Assembly (NCBI GenBank): GCA_029862065.1
Contig: JAOTYB010000003.1
Coordinates: 1-39,986, forward strand
Direction of reading: 5' to 3'
DNA from: Acidimicrobiia bacterium
GTDB taxonomy: Bacteria > Actinomycetota > Acidimicrobiia > Spongiisociales > SHLN01
DNA length: 39,986 nt
Position 1 is the first letter of the stretch. The number at the start of each line of letters is the position of its first letter. Shown here in pieces: positions 8,817 to 19,107 of this stretch. The notes below the pieces were generated by a model, which saw only the letters and a list, made by a program, of their open reading frames with translations, made no database searches and was not told the origin of the DNA. Position numbers and translations under genes: made by a program.

Positions 8817-10364
8817 ATGAGCACCGACGACCGCATCAGCCGACTAGAAGCCCTCCGCGCGGAGAATTCAGCCGCCCACGAACGGGCTGTCGATCGTCAA
8901 CATGAGCGCGGCAAGCACACCGCTCGCGAACGCGTCGAAATGCTCGTCGACAAGGGCTCATTCCAAGAGATCGACACGCTCGTCCGACATTCGGCCGTCG
9001 GCTTCGGCATCGAAGAGCACCGGCCGCTTGGCGACGCGGTTATCACCGGGTGGGGCACGATCGATGGACGGAAGGTGTTCCTGTTTGCCGAGGACTTCAC
9101 CGTGTTCGGAGGCAGCCTGGGTGAGGTGGTCGCCGACAAGATCACCAAAGTCATGGACCTGGCGCTGGAAGTCGGGGCTCCGCTGGTCGGCCTCAAGGAT
9201 TCGGGCGGGGCCCGTATCCAGGAGGGGGTTGGCTCGCTTGACGGTTACGGCAGGATCTTTGAGCGCAACGTGCGGGCGTCGGGTGTCATCCCCCAGATCT
9301 CAGTGATCATGGGACCCTGCGCAGGAGGAGCCGTCTACTCACCGGCCCTCACCGACTTCATCTATCAAGTGAACGAAACCAGCCACCTTTTCATCACCGG
9401 ACCCGATGTAATCAAAACGGTTACCGGTGAGGACGTCACGTTCGAAGAGCTCGGCGGGGCCCATTCGCATTCGTCGGTGTCGGGTGTCACCCACTTCGTT
9501 GCCGCCGACGATCGGTCGGCCATGGAGGAGATCCGCTACATCCTGAGCTTCCTGCCGGCCAACAACCTCGAGGCCGCCCCCTACTTCACCCCGAACGACA
9601 AGCCGGACCGCATGGATGAGGAGCTGACGAGCATCATTCCTGATTCGTCGAACCAGCCCTACAACATGCACCATCTGATCGAGCTGGTGGTTGACGATGC
9701 CGAGTTCTACGAGGTCCACGAGCACTACGCCCAGAACATCGTGGTCGGCCTCGCCCGCCTCGACGGTCATTCGGTTGGCATCGTCGGTAATCAGCCCGCC
9801 TCGCTGGCCGGCACACTCGACATCAATGCCTCGGTCAAGGCCGCCAGATTTGTTCGGTTCTGCGATGCCTTCAACATCCCGATCATCACCTTTGTTGACG
9901 TGCCCGGGTTCCTGCCAGGGGTCGACCAGGAGCACGGCGGCATCATCCGCCACGGCGCCAAGCTGCTCTACGCCTATGCCGAGGCCACGGTCCCCAAGAT
10001 CACCGTGATAACCCGCAAGGCGTACGGCGGCGCCTACGTCGTCATGAACTCACGGAGCCTCCGAGCCGACCTCGTATACGCCTGGCCTTCGGCTGAGATC
10101 GCCGTCATGGGAGCAGCCGGCGCAGTCAACATCATTCACCGCCGCGAGCTGGCAACGACCGAAGAACCCGAAACCGAGCGAGCCCGGCTGATCGATGAGT
10201 ACGAGACAACGTTCAACAATCCCTACCTGGCTGCCGAAGCGGGCCTGGTTGACGAAGTCATTCTCCCCCGGGAGACCCGGCCGCGGCTGATCCGGGCGCT
10301 TGACATGCTCAGGACCAAACGCGAACAGCCTCCGCCCAAGAAGCACGGAAACATCCCTCTTTGA
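8817..10364 (+). CDS. pccB: acyl-CoA (propionyl-CoA) carboxylase carboxyltransferase beta subunit
   Basis: [60 protein letters not shown] and terminal KKHGNIPL. Confidence 0.93.
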   Translation: MSTDDRISRLEALRAENSAAHERAVDRQHERGKHTARERVEMLVDKGSFQEIDTLVRHSAVGFGIEEHRPLGDAVITGWGTIDGRKVFLFAEDFTVFGGSLGEVVADKITKVMDLALEVGAPLVGLKDSGGARIQEGVGSLDGYGRIFERNVRASGVIPQISVIMGPCAGGAVYSPALTDFIYQVNETSHLFITGPDVIKTVTGEDVTFEELGGAHSHSSVSGVTHFVAADDRSAMEEIRYILSFLPANNLEAAPYFTPNDKPDRMDEELTSIIPDSSNQPYNMHHLIELVVDDAEFYEVHEHYAQNIVVGLARLDGHSVGIVGNQPASLAGTLDINASVKAARFVRFCDAFNIPIITFVDVPGFLPGVDQEHGGIIRHGAKLLYAYAEATVPKITVITRKAYGGAYVVMNSRSLRADLVYAWPSAEIAVMGAAGAVNIIHRRELATTEEPETERARLIDEYETTFNNPYLAAEAGLVDEVILPRETRPRLIRALDMLRTKREQPPPKKHGNIPL

Positions 10365-12100
10365 TGGAGTCGCTCCTTGTTGCCAACCGGGGCGAAATAG
10401 CAGTCCGGATCATTCGCACGGCCCGCGAGATGGGCATCCGCACGATCGCCGTGTATTCCGAGATCGATCGCGGCGCACTTCACACCTCGCTGGCCGACGA
10501 GTCGTGGAACATCGGCGGCTCGACGGCCGCCGAGTCGTACCTCAACACCGAACGGGTTCTCGAGGTTGCCCGGGAGGCCAAGGCTGCGGCCGTTCACCCC
10601 GGCTATGGATTCCTGTCCGAGAACGCCGACTTCGCCCGGGCAATCGGCGACGCCGGGCTGGCATGGGTGGGTCCCCCGCCTGAGGCCATCGAAACCATGG
10701 GAGACAAAATCGCATCTCGCATGGCCGCCACGGCCGCCGGGGTGGCGGGCGTACCGGGAACCTCTGAGCCGCTCACCGATCCGGCCGAGGCGATCGCCTT
10801 TGCCGCCGAACACGGCTACCCGCTGGCGCTCAAGGCCTCACACGGAGGTGGGGGCAAAGGCATGCGGATCGTTCAGGCCGATGACGAGGTTGCTCCCGCG
10901 CTGGAAGCCGCCGCCCGAGAGGCTCAGGCCTATTTTGGGCGGCCCGAGGTGTATATCGAGCGCTACCTGGAGCGTCCCCGCCACATCGAAGCCCAGGTCA
11001 TCTTCGACACCCACGGCAACGGATTCTTTCTCGGAGAGCGAGATTGCAGCAGCCAACGCCGCAATCAGAAGCTGATCGAAGAGTCTCCAGCCGCCGGGGT
11101 GAGTGAAGATCTGCGCGGGGCGATCGGCGAGGCCGCCCTGGCCGTCGGCGAAGCCTGCGCCTATGTCGGAGCGGGCACCGTCGAATTCCTCCTTGAGCCT
11201 GATGGACAGTTCTACTTCCTCGAGATGAACACCCGCCTGCAGGTGGAGCACCCGGTGACCGAGATGGTGACCGGACTCGACCTGGTTCGCCTCCAGCTGG
11301 AAGTGGCAATGGGCGACGAGCTCGACTTGTGGGATGTGCCGAGCTCAGGGCACGCCATCGAAATGCGGGTGAACGCAGAGGACCCGGGACGGGACTTCCA
11401 GCCGTCCCCGGGCCGCATCACCGAGTATCGGGAGCCGGGAGGCTTCGGCGTGAGAGTCGACAGCGGGGTCGAGGCCGGCTCGACAGTTAGCCCCTACTAC
11501 GACAACTTGGCGGCCAAGCTGGTGGTGTGGGCGCCTAGCCGCCATCTGGCGATCGAAAAGGCGCTGCGGGCAGTGGCCGACTTCAAGATCGGTGGCATTC
11601 CGACCACACTCGCCGCCCACCCGTTGCTCCTCAGGCACGAGCTATTCCAGAGCGGCCGGCACTACACCAAGTTCGTCGAAGACCTCCTCGACTTCACCGG
11701 GGTTGGCAGCGACGAAGGGCCGGCGCTCCCCGAAGACGAGGCAACCACAATGCGCCAGGCCACGGTCGAAGTCGGCGGCCGTCGCTACGACGTCAAGATG
11801 TGGTTCCCCGAGGGGGAATTGTCCGGAACCGGGCCGCGCCGGCGTCCCCCGCGCCTGGAGCGCGGTGCCGTGCCCGGCGACGACGGCGGCATGATCACCG
11901 CCCCCATGCAGGGAACCATCGTCAAGGTGTCCGTCAAGGCCGGAGGTCAGGTCAGAGCGGGCGACACACTGTGCATTCTCGAAGCCATGAAGATGGAGAA
12001 CGAGATCAAGGCGCCGGCCGACGGTGACGTGGTCGACCTCCGGGTCCAGGCCGGCGACAGCGTGGCAGCCGGAGACGTCCTACTCGTCGTGCGCGGTTGA
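10364..12100 (+). CDS. acetyl/propionyl-CoA carboxylase alpha subunit (biotin carboxylase + biotin carrier)
   Basis: ANRGEIA, HPGYGFLSEN, GGGGKGM, RDCSSQRRNQK, EMNTRLQVEHPVTE and biotinylation motif EAMKM; translationally coupled to pccB (TGATG). Confidence 0.95.
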   Translation: MESLLVANRGEIAVRIIRTAREMGIRTIAVYSEIDRGALHTSLADESWNIGGSTAAESYLNTERVLEVAREAKAAAVHPGYGFLSENADFARAIGDAGLAWVGPPPEAIETMGDKIASRMAATAAGVAGVPGTSEPLTDPAEAIAFAAEHGYPLALKASHGGGGKGMRIVQADDEVAPALEAAAREAQAYFGRPEVYIERYLERPRHIEAQVIFDTHGNGFFLGERDCSSQRRNQKLIEESPAAGVSEDLRGAIGEAALAVGEACAYVGAGTVEFLLEPDGQFYFLEMNTRLQVEHPVTEMVTGLDLVRLQLEVAMGDELDLWDVPSSGHAIEMRVNAEDPGRDFQPSPGRITEYREPGGFGVRVDSGVEAGSTVSPYYDNLAAKLVVWAPSRHLAIEKALRAVADFKIGGIPTTLAAHPLLLRHELFQSGRHYTKFVEDLLDFTGVGSDEGPALPEDEATTMRQATVEVGGRRYDVKMWFPEGELSGTGPRRRPPRLERGAVPGDDGGMITAPMQGTIVKVSVKAGGQVRAGDTLCILEAMKMENEIKAPADGDVVDLRVQAGDSVAAGDVLLVVRG

Positions 12101-12104
12101 GCCG

Positions 12105-13664
12105 CTAGGGCCGGTACTCGCCAAAGACCTCGCGCAACACATCCGACACCTCACCCACTGTTGCCCCGGCCGCCAGCGCCGCCTTCATTGGGAACAAGAC
12201 GTTGTCTGACCCGGCGGCCGCGATGCCGATGGCTTCCAAGGCTCCGTCGACATCTTCTCGACCCTCTTTGAACAGCTTGAGACTGGCGATCTGATCAGCC
12301 TCGAGATCAGGGTCGAGCTCCAATGGCGGAACTCCGGTGGCTCCGTCTTCGACGTAGGCATTCAATCCCACGATGACCTGCTCGGCCGAGTCAACCGCCC
12401 GGGCAGTCCGGTACGCCGACTCTTCGATCGCTGCTTGGACCATTCCGGTCTCTATCGCCGCCACCGCCCCGCCGGCGGCGGCCACCCGGTCGACGATCGC
12501 CAGCGCCTTGGCCTCGAGCTGGTCGGTGAGGTGTTCGATGACGTAGGACCCGGCCAGCGGGTCGACGGTGTCGGTCACTCCGCTTTCGTGGGCAATGACC
12601 TGCTGGGTCCGCAACGCCAGCATGGCCGCTTCTTCAGTCGGCAACCCGAGCGCCTCATCAAATGAGTTGGTGTGCAGCGACTGCGTGCCGCCCAACACGG
12701 CGCTGAGCGCTTCGAGCGTGGTCCGGACCACATTGGTGAGCGGTTGCTGGGCGGTGAGCGAACTGCCGGCCGTCTGCGTGTGGAACCGCATTCGCCATGA
12801 GGCCGGTTGGCGTGCTCCGACTCGATCGCGCATGAGTCGCGCCCACAGCCGCCTGGCCGCCCGGTATTTGGCGACCTCTTCGAGGAAGTTGCTGTGGGCA
12901 TTCCAGAAGAACGAGAGGCGGGGAGCGAAGTCGTCGACCGCCAACCCGGCGGCCTGGGCGGCCTCGACGTAGGCCAGCCCATTGGCGATTGTGAACCCGA
13001 TCTCCTCGGCGGCCGTCGAGCCGGCTTCGCGGATGTGATAACCGGAGATGGAGATGGTGTTCCAGTCCGGGAGCTCGGCCGCGCAATAGGCGAAGAGGTC
13101 CGTCACGAGTCGCATCGATGGGGCAGGCGGATAGATGTAGGTACCCCGGGCCACGTATTCCTTGAGAATGTCGTTCTGCACGGTGCCACCGAGCCCGGCC
13201 GGTGTCACACCCTGCTCCTCAGCCACCAGTTGATAAAGGAGCAACAGGATGGCGGCCGTGGCATTGATGGTCATCGAGGTGGTGACCTCGCCGAGGGGGA
13301 TGTCGGCGAACAGCACCCGCATGTCGGCCAGGGTGTCGATGGCGACACCGACCTTGCCGACTTCTCCCTCCGCTCGAGGGTCATCGCTGTCGAGGCCCAT
13401 CTGGGTGGGAAGGTCGAACGCCACCGAGAGACCGGTTTGCCCGCCCGCCAGGAGTGCCCGGAACCGCTGGTTGGTGGCCGTGGCGCTGCCGAAGCCGGCG
13501 TACTGACGCATGGTCCACGGCCGGCCGGTGTACATGGTGGGATACGGCCCGCGGGTGAACGGGTACTCGCCGGGGGCGCCCAGATCCGGCTCGGACGTTG
13601 GAGGCCCATGGACCACGTCGAGCGGAATGTCACGGCTTGGGATGGGATTCGCGGGGTTATGCAT
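12105..13664 (-). CDS. methylmalonyl-CoA mutase, substrate-binding (TIM-barrel) subunit without B12-binding domain
   Basis: [21 protein letters not shown] (specificity Tyr), [16 protein letters not shown] (specificity Arg), [19 protein letters not shown]. No DxHxxG motif. Confidence 0.92.
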   Translation of the reverse strand: MHNPANPIPSRDIPLDVVHGPPTSEPDLGAPGEYPFTRGPYPTMYTGRPWTMRQYAGFGSATATNQRFRALLAGGQTGLSVAFDLPTQMGLDSDDPRAEGEVGKVGVAIDTLADMRVLFADIPLGEVTTSMTINATAAILLLLYQLVAEEQGVTPAGLGGTVQNDILKEYVARGTYIYPPAPSMRLVTDLFAYCAAELPDWNTISISGYHIREAGSTAAEEIGFTIANGLAYVEAAQAAGLAVDDFAPRLSFFWNAHSNFLEEVAKYRAARRLWARLMRDRVGARQPASWRMRFHTQTAGSSLTAQQPLTNVVRTTLEALSAVLGGTQSLHTNSFDEALGLPTEEAAMLALRTQQVIAHESGVTDTVDPLAGSYVIEHLTDQLEAKALAIVDRVAAAGGAVAAIETGMVQAAIEESAYRTARAVDSAEQVIVGLNAYVEDGATGVPPLELDPDLEADQIASLKLFKEGREDVDGALEAIGIAAAGSDNVLFPMKAALAAGATVGEVSDVLREVFGEYRP

Positions 13665-13738
13665 GAGTCGGGTTTATGCTGGCCGAGGGCAAATGGTACC
13701 TGGAACCGATCCGGTGCCCGGCGCCCTCCAACATCCAC

Positions 13739-16297
13739 ATGAGTTTTCCCAACCCGGACCCAACGATTCACCAGGTCGAGTGGCGCGAGCGCCGCACGCG
13801 GCTTGTGCCTGCCCTGTCCATCCTGCTGGTGGCCGGGGTACTCATGGGCGCCTGGGTTGGCCTGTTCACCTTCTTGTCGACGAACCCCTCCGCCAAGGCG
13901 TTCGATTGGGTCGACGACACGCTGATCCCGGAGACCAACGCCGCCGGTATCCCCGAGTTCCCCAATCTGAGCAGACTCTCGACCCTGTTCTCCGCCGATG
14001 GTGTGCAGCTGGCCGAGCTCTCACTTCGGGGCAGCCTCCCGGTGCCGGTCGAAGAGATACCGGAGCAGGTGAAGGGGGCGATCCTGGCGGCCGAGGACGG
14101 CGACTTCTACAACCACCGGGGCGCCGACTTCGAGTCAACCCTGCGGGCAGCCGTCGCCACCGTGCGCGGCACATCGATTCAGGGTGGTTCGACCATCACC
14201 CAGCAGGTGGTGCGCAACCTCGGCATCGTCGGCAAGGAGAAGACAGTTCAGCGCAAGATCGCCGAGATCGCCTGGGCGGCGGAGATGGAGCGCAAGTACT
14301 CCAAAGACGCCATCCTCGAGTTCTATCTCAACTCGGTGTTCTTCGGGTGGAACGCCTATGGCATCCGGGCAGCCGGCCTTGAGTACTTCGGCAAGGAATT
14401 GGCTGAGTTGTCGGTGGGTGAGGCGGCCGCCCTGGCCACCGTCATCCGCAACCCGTCGCTCTACGACCCGCGCGACACCACGCCAAACGAGAGCGGTGTC
14501 ATCGGACAGGAGTTGGTCGAGCAACGCCGAATAAACGTCCTCGACGAGATGGTAGAAGCCGAATTGATCACCCCGGGCGAGGCCGAGGCCGCAGCCCAGA
14601 TACCCCTGGCCGCATCGGTCATACCTCACCAGAACTTCCCCGAGCCTGCCGAGCTGGTCCGGATTTCTGCCGTTGGATCGCTGCTCAATGACCCGAAGTT
14701 CGATCCCGTCCTCGGCACGACCCCGGAGGACCGCCTGGTCGCCATCTTCGGGTGCCCGGCCGACGACATCGAGTGCGAGTTGGAGCCTCGGCTCAAAGGC
14801 GGCCTGGTCATCACGACCACCGTCGATTTCCACTTCCAGACCCGCGCCAACGAGATTCTGCGCAGCTGGCTGCCCGTGTCCCCCACCGGTGACGCGGCCC
14901 CCACCGGGGCGATCACCACGGTCGAGAACGGCACGGGAGCCATCAAGGTGATGGCCGGAGGCCTCGACTTCGGCGACGATATCGAAGCCGGTCAGCGTGA
15001 CTACAACCTGGCAACTGAGGGCCAGCGTCAGCCCGGCTCCTCGGCCAAGCCCTTCGCCCTCATTGCCTACCTCGAGCAGGGCGGCAGCCTCAACTCCTAC
15101 TGGAACATCTCATCTCCTCTGGTCATCGAGTGCGACGTTCCGTGCGGTGATGATGGGGGGTTCGAGTGGACCGTCCGTGGTGGCCGCTCCGCGGGCGGCC
15201 TGCGCAGCCTGGAAGCGTCCACCTACTTCTCCACCAATCCGACCTTCGCCCAGGTGGCGGTGGAGGTGGGGCCCGAGGCGATGGCCGAGGTGGCCAACCG
15301 GCTCGGGGTCTCCGCCCAGCTCCCCCTCGTGTACTCCTTGTCCCTGGGAGCCGGCGAGGTGAGCCCGCTCGACATGGCGGCCGCCTACTCCACCATTGCC
15401 AACTACGGCACCCAGCACGACCCGTACCTCATCCAACGGATTGAGGACGAGGACGGGAACGTTTTGTTCGAGGCGGTACCCGAGGGAGAGCAGGTACTCG
15501 ACGAGACCCTGGCGGCGGTGGTCGTCAACACGATGAAGAAGGTGGTGTCCGTGCCGGGCGCTACCGGCAACAAAGCCAACATCGGGCGGCCGCAGGCCGG
15601 CAAGACCGGCACGAATCAGTCGTTCCGGGATGCCTGGTTCGTCGGGTATGTCCCGCAGTACTCGACGGCGGTGTGGGTGGGATACGCCGATGCTCAGATA
15701 CCGATGACCAACATCACGATCAACGGCGAGTTCTTCAGCCGGGTGTTTGGTTCGAGCGTGCCGGTGCCCATCTGGAAGGAGTACATGACGGAGTTCCTCG
15801 CCGATGTGCCGGTGGAGGACTTCCCGCCCATCCCGGCCGGCTCCGGCAAGTTCTACACCCTGCCTTCGACCGAGGTGCCCGACGTCCTGGCCGACCCGCT
15901 CATCACCCAGGAAGCAGCCGGTCAACTCGTGTATTTCGCCCACCTGCGCCCGGTGTTTGAGGAGGTGCCGTCTCTGGAGCCGATGGGCACCATCCTCAGC
16001 CAGACCCCAGAACCGGGAGCCAAATTGAGCCACAACGGAGAGGTCTTCATGGAGGTGTCAACCGGCGTTCCACCCACCTTCCCGCTGCCCGACCTCCGGA
16101 ACCTGACCCGGACCGAGGCCAACCTGGTGATGGCCAATCTGGCGGCCGAGACCGAGATCCTGGTGGCGCTTGTCCCCGAATTCGTGGTCTCAGATGAAGA
16201 GGCATGGGGCAAGGTCGTCACCACCAACCCGCCGCCGGGGACGGAGGTCGGCGCCGACGACATCGTGACCCTGTTCATTGGGCGTCCGCCCGGTTAA
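13739..16297 (+). CDS. class A penicillin-binding protein (transglycosylase + transpeptidase + two PASTA-like domains)
   Basis: TM anchor; EDGDFYNHRG, GGSTITQQ, RKIAE; SxxK (SSAK), SxN (STN), KTG; two C-terminal VPDV/LPDL...QTP/TNP PASTA-like repeats. Start uncertain (13676 or 13739). Confidence 0.93.
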   Translation: MSFPNPDPTIHQVEWRERRTRLVPALSILLVAGVLMGAWVGLFTFLSTNPSAKAFDWVDDTLIPETNAAGIPEFPNLSRLSTLFSADGVQLAELSLRGSLPVPVEEIPEQVKGAILAAEDGDFYNHRGADFESTLRAAVATVRGTSIQGGSTITQQVVRNLGIVGKEKTVQRKIAEIAWAAEMERKYSKDAILEFYLNSVFFGWNAYGIRAAGLEYFGKELAELSVGEAAALATVIRNPSLYDPRDTTPNESGVIGQELVEQRRINVLDEMVEAELITPGEAEAAAQIPLAASVIPHQNFPEPAELVRISAVGSLLNDPKFDPVLGTTPEDRLVAIFGCPADDIECELEPRLKGGLVITTTVDFHFQTRANEILRSWLPVSPTGDAAPTGAITTVENGTGAIKVMAGGLDFGDDIEAGQRDYNLATEGQRQPGSSAKPFALIAYLEQGGSLNSYWNISSPLVIECDVPCGDDGGFEWTVRGGRSAGGLRSLEASTYFSTNPTFAQVAVEVGPEAMAEVANRLGVSAQLPLVYSLSLGAGEVSPLDMAAAYSTIANYGTQHDPYLIQRIEDEDGNVLFEAVPEGEQVLDETLAAVVVNTMKKVVSVPGATGNKANIGRPQAGKTGTNQSFRDAWFVGYVPQYSTAVWVGYADAQIPMTNITINGEFFSRVFGSSVPVPIWKEYMTEFLADVPVEDFPPIPAGSGKFYTLPSTEVPDVLADPLITQEAAGQLVYFAHLRPVFEEVPSLEPMGTILSQTPEPGAKLSHNGEVFMEVSTGVPPTFPLPDLRNLTRTEANLVMANLAAETEILVALVPEFVVSDEEAWGKVVTTNPPPGTEVGADDIVTLFIGRPPG

Positions 16298-16314
16298 CCG
16301 CTCCGCCGGGATGG

Positions 16315-16728
16315 CTAGGACCGGCGACTGATCGCCGTGAGCTCTCGCTTGAGCCGCGGAGTGAGCCGGCCCATCAACTCCGCCGGGATCGGCGGCACGG
16401 TTGACCGCACGAAGATTCGCGAGCCCTTCTCAACCACCAGACCCACTCGGGCCAGGGCGGCCAGATTGATGGGACATTTGATGGCCTTTCGCCGCTTGGC
16501 CGCCTGCATGACCCTGAGCAGATCGGCAACTGCCCCCGCGCCGATCGCCGCCGTCCAGTAGCGACGCACGTAGTGATGGTTGACCGGATAGCCGCCCGGT
16601 GCGCTCCATATCAAGGGTCGGATGGTGGTTCGCCGGTGAACGGTCGGCCGGGTGAGGGGGCTGCGGTCCGCAGTGCCGGGCACCGGAATGGGAGGACGAG
16701 CATTTCGACGTGGCACTGCGGACCGCAT
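16315..16728 (-). CDS. small basic hypothetical protein
   Basis: 137-aa ORF filling the gap between PBP and moeB; Arg/Lys-rich; preceded by a promoter-like TTGACG-N18-TATTGA 7 nt before the ATG. Confidence 0.7.
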   Translation of the reverse strand: MRSAVPRRNARPPIPVPGTADRSPLTRPTVHRRTTIRPLIWSAPGGYPVNHHYVRRYWTAAIGAGAVADLLRVMQAAKRRKAIKCPINLAALARVGLVVEKGSRIFVRSTVPPIPAELMGRLTPRLKRELTAISRRS

Positions 16729-16735
16729 GGCCTCA

Positions 16736-16768
16736 TCAATACCATTTAGAACGATATTACGTCAATAT
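16736..16768 (-). promoter_or_regulatory. sigma-A-type promoter with an operator-like palindrome over the -35 box
   Basis: Minus strand TTGACG (16765-16760), 18 nt, TATTGA (16741-16736); palindrome ATATT-ACGTC-AATAT at 16754-16768 in an AT-rich patch. Confidence 0.5.
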
Positions 16769-16806
16769 TCGTGGTTTAAAACGCGAAAAGAATCATAGGC
16801 AGTACG

Positions 16807-16835
16807 CGGTCGGCTGTCGGCTGTCGGCTGTCGGC
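16807..16835. repeat. 7-bp tandem repeat (CGGCTGT)n
   Basis: cggt cggctgt cggctgt cggctgt cggc directly upstream of the moeB -10 box. Confidence 0.85.
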
Positions 16836-16844
16836 GAACTGAAA

Positions 16845-16856
16845 TAGACTCTGCCG
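16845..16856 (+). promoter_or_regulatory. -10 hexamer for a probable leaderless moeB transcript
   Basis: TAGACT, 6 nt, then ATG 16857; no Shine-Dalgarno. Confidence 0.55.
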
Positions 16857-18008
16857 ATGCCAACCTTCAAGGAACTCGTGGCGGCGGCCCGGGCCAGGAT
16901 CACCGAAGTCACGCCCGAGGAGGCTGAACAAGCCCTGGGGCGAGCGCTCTTCATCGATGTGCGGGAGAGCAACGAATACGAAACCGGCGCCCTCGCCGGC
17001 GCGGTCCACATTGCCCGGGGGGTGCTCGAGAGCAGCATCGGTTTGAGAGCCCCCGACACATCCGCCGAGATCATCCTCTATTGCGCCGTCGGCGAGCGCT
17101 CGGCACTGGCCGCCGAGACGCTTGAGGGCCTCGGCTACACCAACGTCGCGTCGCTGGCGGGAGGCGTTGAACGCTGGAAGCGGGAAGGGCGACGGTGGGA
17201 CACGCCCCTCACGTTGCGAGGAGACCAGCGCAGCCGCTACAGCCGCCACCTGCTCCTGCCCGAGGTGGGCGAGGCCGGACAGGCTGCCTTGCTCGACGCC
17301 CGGGTGCTCCTGGTGGGAGCCGGAGGGTTGGGATCGCCTGCCGCCCTCTACCTGGCAGCGGCCGGTATCGGGACCCTTGGCATCGTCGATCACGATGTGG
17401 TCGACGTTTCCAACCTGCAGCGCCAGATTCTGCACGGAACCGACCGCATCGGCAGCCCCAAAGTGGAATCGGCCCGGGAAACGCTTCGCAACATCAACCC
17501 CGACGTCGACGTGGTGCCCTTCAAGGAGCGGCTCTCGGCCGACAATGCGGTCGACCTGGTCGCCGCCCATGATGTGGTGGTGGATGGTGCCGACAACTTC
17601 CCCACACGCTACCTACTCAACGACGCTTCCTTGCACGCCCGCCGTCCCGTCGTGCATGGCTCGGTCTTCCGCTTTGAGGGTCAGGCGACCGTCTTCCAGC
17701 CATACGCCGGACCGTGTTACCGCTGCCTCTCACCGAGCCCTCCCCCGGCCGACCTCGCTCCATCGTGCGCCGAGGCCGGAGTGCTCGGTGTGGTGCCGGG
17801 CATCATTGGTTCGATACAGGCACTGGAGGCCATCAAATTGATCCTCGGCATCGGTGACCCACTCATCGGAACGCTCCTCGCCTTCGATGCCCTCGAGGGC
17901 GAATTCCGCCGCCTGACCTTCCGCCGTGACCCCGGGTGCCCGGCCTGCTCGGATGAGGGCTCCCCACCTCGCATCATCGAATACGACGAGTACTGCATCC
18001 CCGGGTAG
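16857..18008 (+). CDS. moeB: molybdopterin-synthase adenylyltransferase MoeB/ThiF family with N-terminal rhodanese domain
   Basis: Rhodanese (IDVRE, YCAVGERS, SLAGG) followed by RYSRHLLLPEVG, GAGGLGSP, SNLQRQ, DGADNF, CYRC, CAEAGVLG, CPAC. Confidence 0.92.
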   Translation: MPTFKELVAAARARITEVTPEEAEQALGRALFIDVRESNEYETGALAGAVHIARGVLESSIGLRAPDTSAEIILYCAVGERSALAAETLEGLGYTNVASLAGGVERWKREGRRWDTPLTLRGDQRSRYSRHLLLPEVGEAGQAALLDARVLLVGAGGLGSPAALYLAAAGIGTLGIVDHDVVDVSNLQRQILHGTDRIGSPKVESARETLRNINPDVDVVPFKERLSADNAVDLVAAHDVVVDGADNFPTRYLLNDASLHARRPVVHGSVFRFEGQATVFQPYAGPCYRCLSPSPPPADLAPSCAEAGVLGVVPGIIGSIQALEAIKLILGIGDPLIGTLLAFDALEGEFRRLTFRRDPGCPACSDEGSPPRIIEYDEYCIPG

Positions 18009-18051
18009 CTCGGCGATCGATGTATTTCTCTCGCTCGCGTAGCGTGCACCC

Positions 18052-18687
18052 ATGAGACGACTAGCCATGGCAGTGGTTGTTGCCCTGATAGCTGCTTCTT
18101 GCGGTGGCGGCGAGGACAGCACGGCCACCGAAACAAGGGCTGACACGGCACCGGGCCCGGTTGTTACAACCGCTCAAACGACGACTACCGCTCAGACTAC
18201 GTTCACCACCGAGGCCTACGGACTGGACGATGCCGAAGAGGATCCGCCGACGAGCACCACTTCCGAAGGTGGCTCGGTGACGACTTCTACGGGGGGCACG
18301 ACGACGTCAGTCGCTCCCACGACCTCTTCGACGTCCACATCATCGGCGACCACCACCACGACACCGGCGAGCACCACGACTACGACAACCACCGCCCCAC
18401 CGACTACCACGACCACAACGACCCTGTCGGGTGGCTCGACCACTTCAGTGACGATTGCGAACTTCGCCTTTTCTCCACAGAACGTGTCTATCTCGGTCGG
18501 TGACACGGTGCGGTGGAGCAACACGGACGGTGCACCACATCGGGTCGGCCCCTCCGGGGGCGGCGCATGGACTGGGGACCTTGACAACGGCGGATCGGAC
18601 GTCGAGACGTTCAACTCTGCCGGCACCTTCAACTACATCTGTCAGATCCACCCTTCGATGACGGGCAGCGTGATAGTCACGCCATAG
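18052..18687 (+). CDS. lipoprotein with long Thr/Ser-rich linker and C-terminal plastocyanin/amicyanin-like cupredoxin domain
   Basis: Lipobox (LIAASC); poly-Thr stalk; NFAFSP, GDTVRWSN, PH, YICQIHPSM (His/Cys/His/Met type-1 copper ligands). TAGCGT lies 6 nt before the ATG. Confidence 0.88.
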   Translation: MRRLAMAVVVALIAASCGGGEDSTATETRADTAPGPVVTTAQTTTTAQTTFTTEAYGLDDAEEDPPTSTTSEGGSVTTSTGGTTTSVAPTTSSTSTSSATTTTTPASTTTTTTTAPPTTTTTTTLSGGSTTSVTIANFAFSPQNVSISVGDTVRWSNTDGAPHRVGPSGGGAWTGDLDNGGSDVETFNSAGTFNYICQIHPSMTGSVIVTP

Positions 18688-18742
18688 GTCCCGCGTTGTC
18701 GGAGGATTGGCCTAGCTGCCGCGCCGCTGTCCGACCACAGAG

Positions 18743-19036
18743 TTGCCGTTTGCTGAGTGGTCCGAGTGGTGGATATACGAGGAGCCAACTCCAATGCTTC
18801 GCCCGGGGGTGTTCGTCAACTATGGAGGTTTCACTCTTGAACTTCCCACAGCCGACGCCACTTCGTTCCAGGCTGATGAGCAAACCCGGTTCTGGGGGCA
18901 ACTTGACCAGTACCAACGTGTCTCGGTGCTTGCCGAGGGTGACCTCACCATCGTCGTGACCCGCGACGTTCACGCATGGCGTCAAGTCAGCGACTGGGTC
19001 GAATCCGCACTAGATCACCCTGATCTCGCGCCATAA
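18743..19036 (+). CDS. hypothetical protein or 5'-truncated gene fragment
   Basis: 97-aa ORF with protein-like composition, weak TTG start, no RBS and an in-frame stop at 18713; lies at the edge of the accessory segment. Confidence 0.4.
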   Translation: MPFAEWSEWWIYEEPTPMLRPGVFVNYGGFTLELPTADATSFQADEQTRFWGQLDQYQRVSVLAEGDLTIVVTRDVHAWRQVSDWVESALDHPDLAP

Positions 19037-19107
19037 CGCTCAGTTCGAAGAGTGCACTGGAACGGCACATATTGAGTGGTTTCAGCGCCGTTTTCCCCTG
19101 AGGGAAG

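Noticed and set aside
8811-8822. Zero-gap divergent start codons (CAT|ATG) for birA and pccB
   Set aside because: birA more plausibly starts at TTG 8783 behind a GGGAGG RBS, leaving a 33-bp gap.
19063-19079. 17-bp repeat as a dif site or NrdR box
   Set aside because: It lacks the TTATGT XerD arm, and the CAC-N7-GTG spacing is one base short of an NrdR box; no nrd genes are adjacent.
19030-19100. Integron attC site after ORF 18743-19036 (stop codon inside CCATAAC)
   Set aside because: No matching GTTRRRY at a suitable distance, only a short AACGGC/GCCGTT stem, and no integron integrase in the window.
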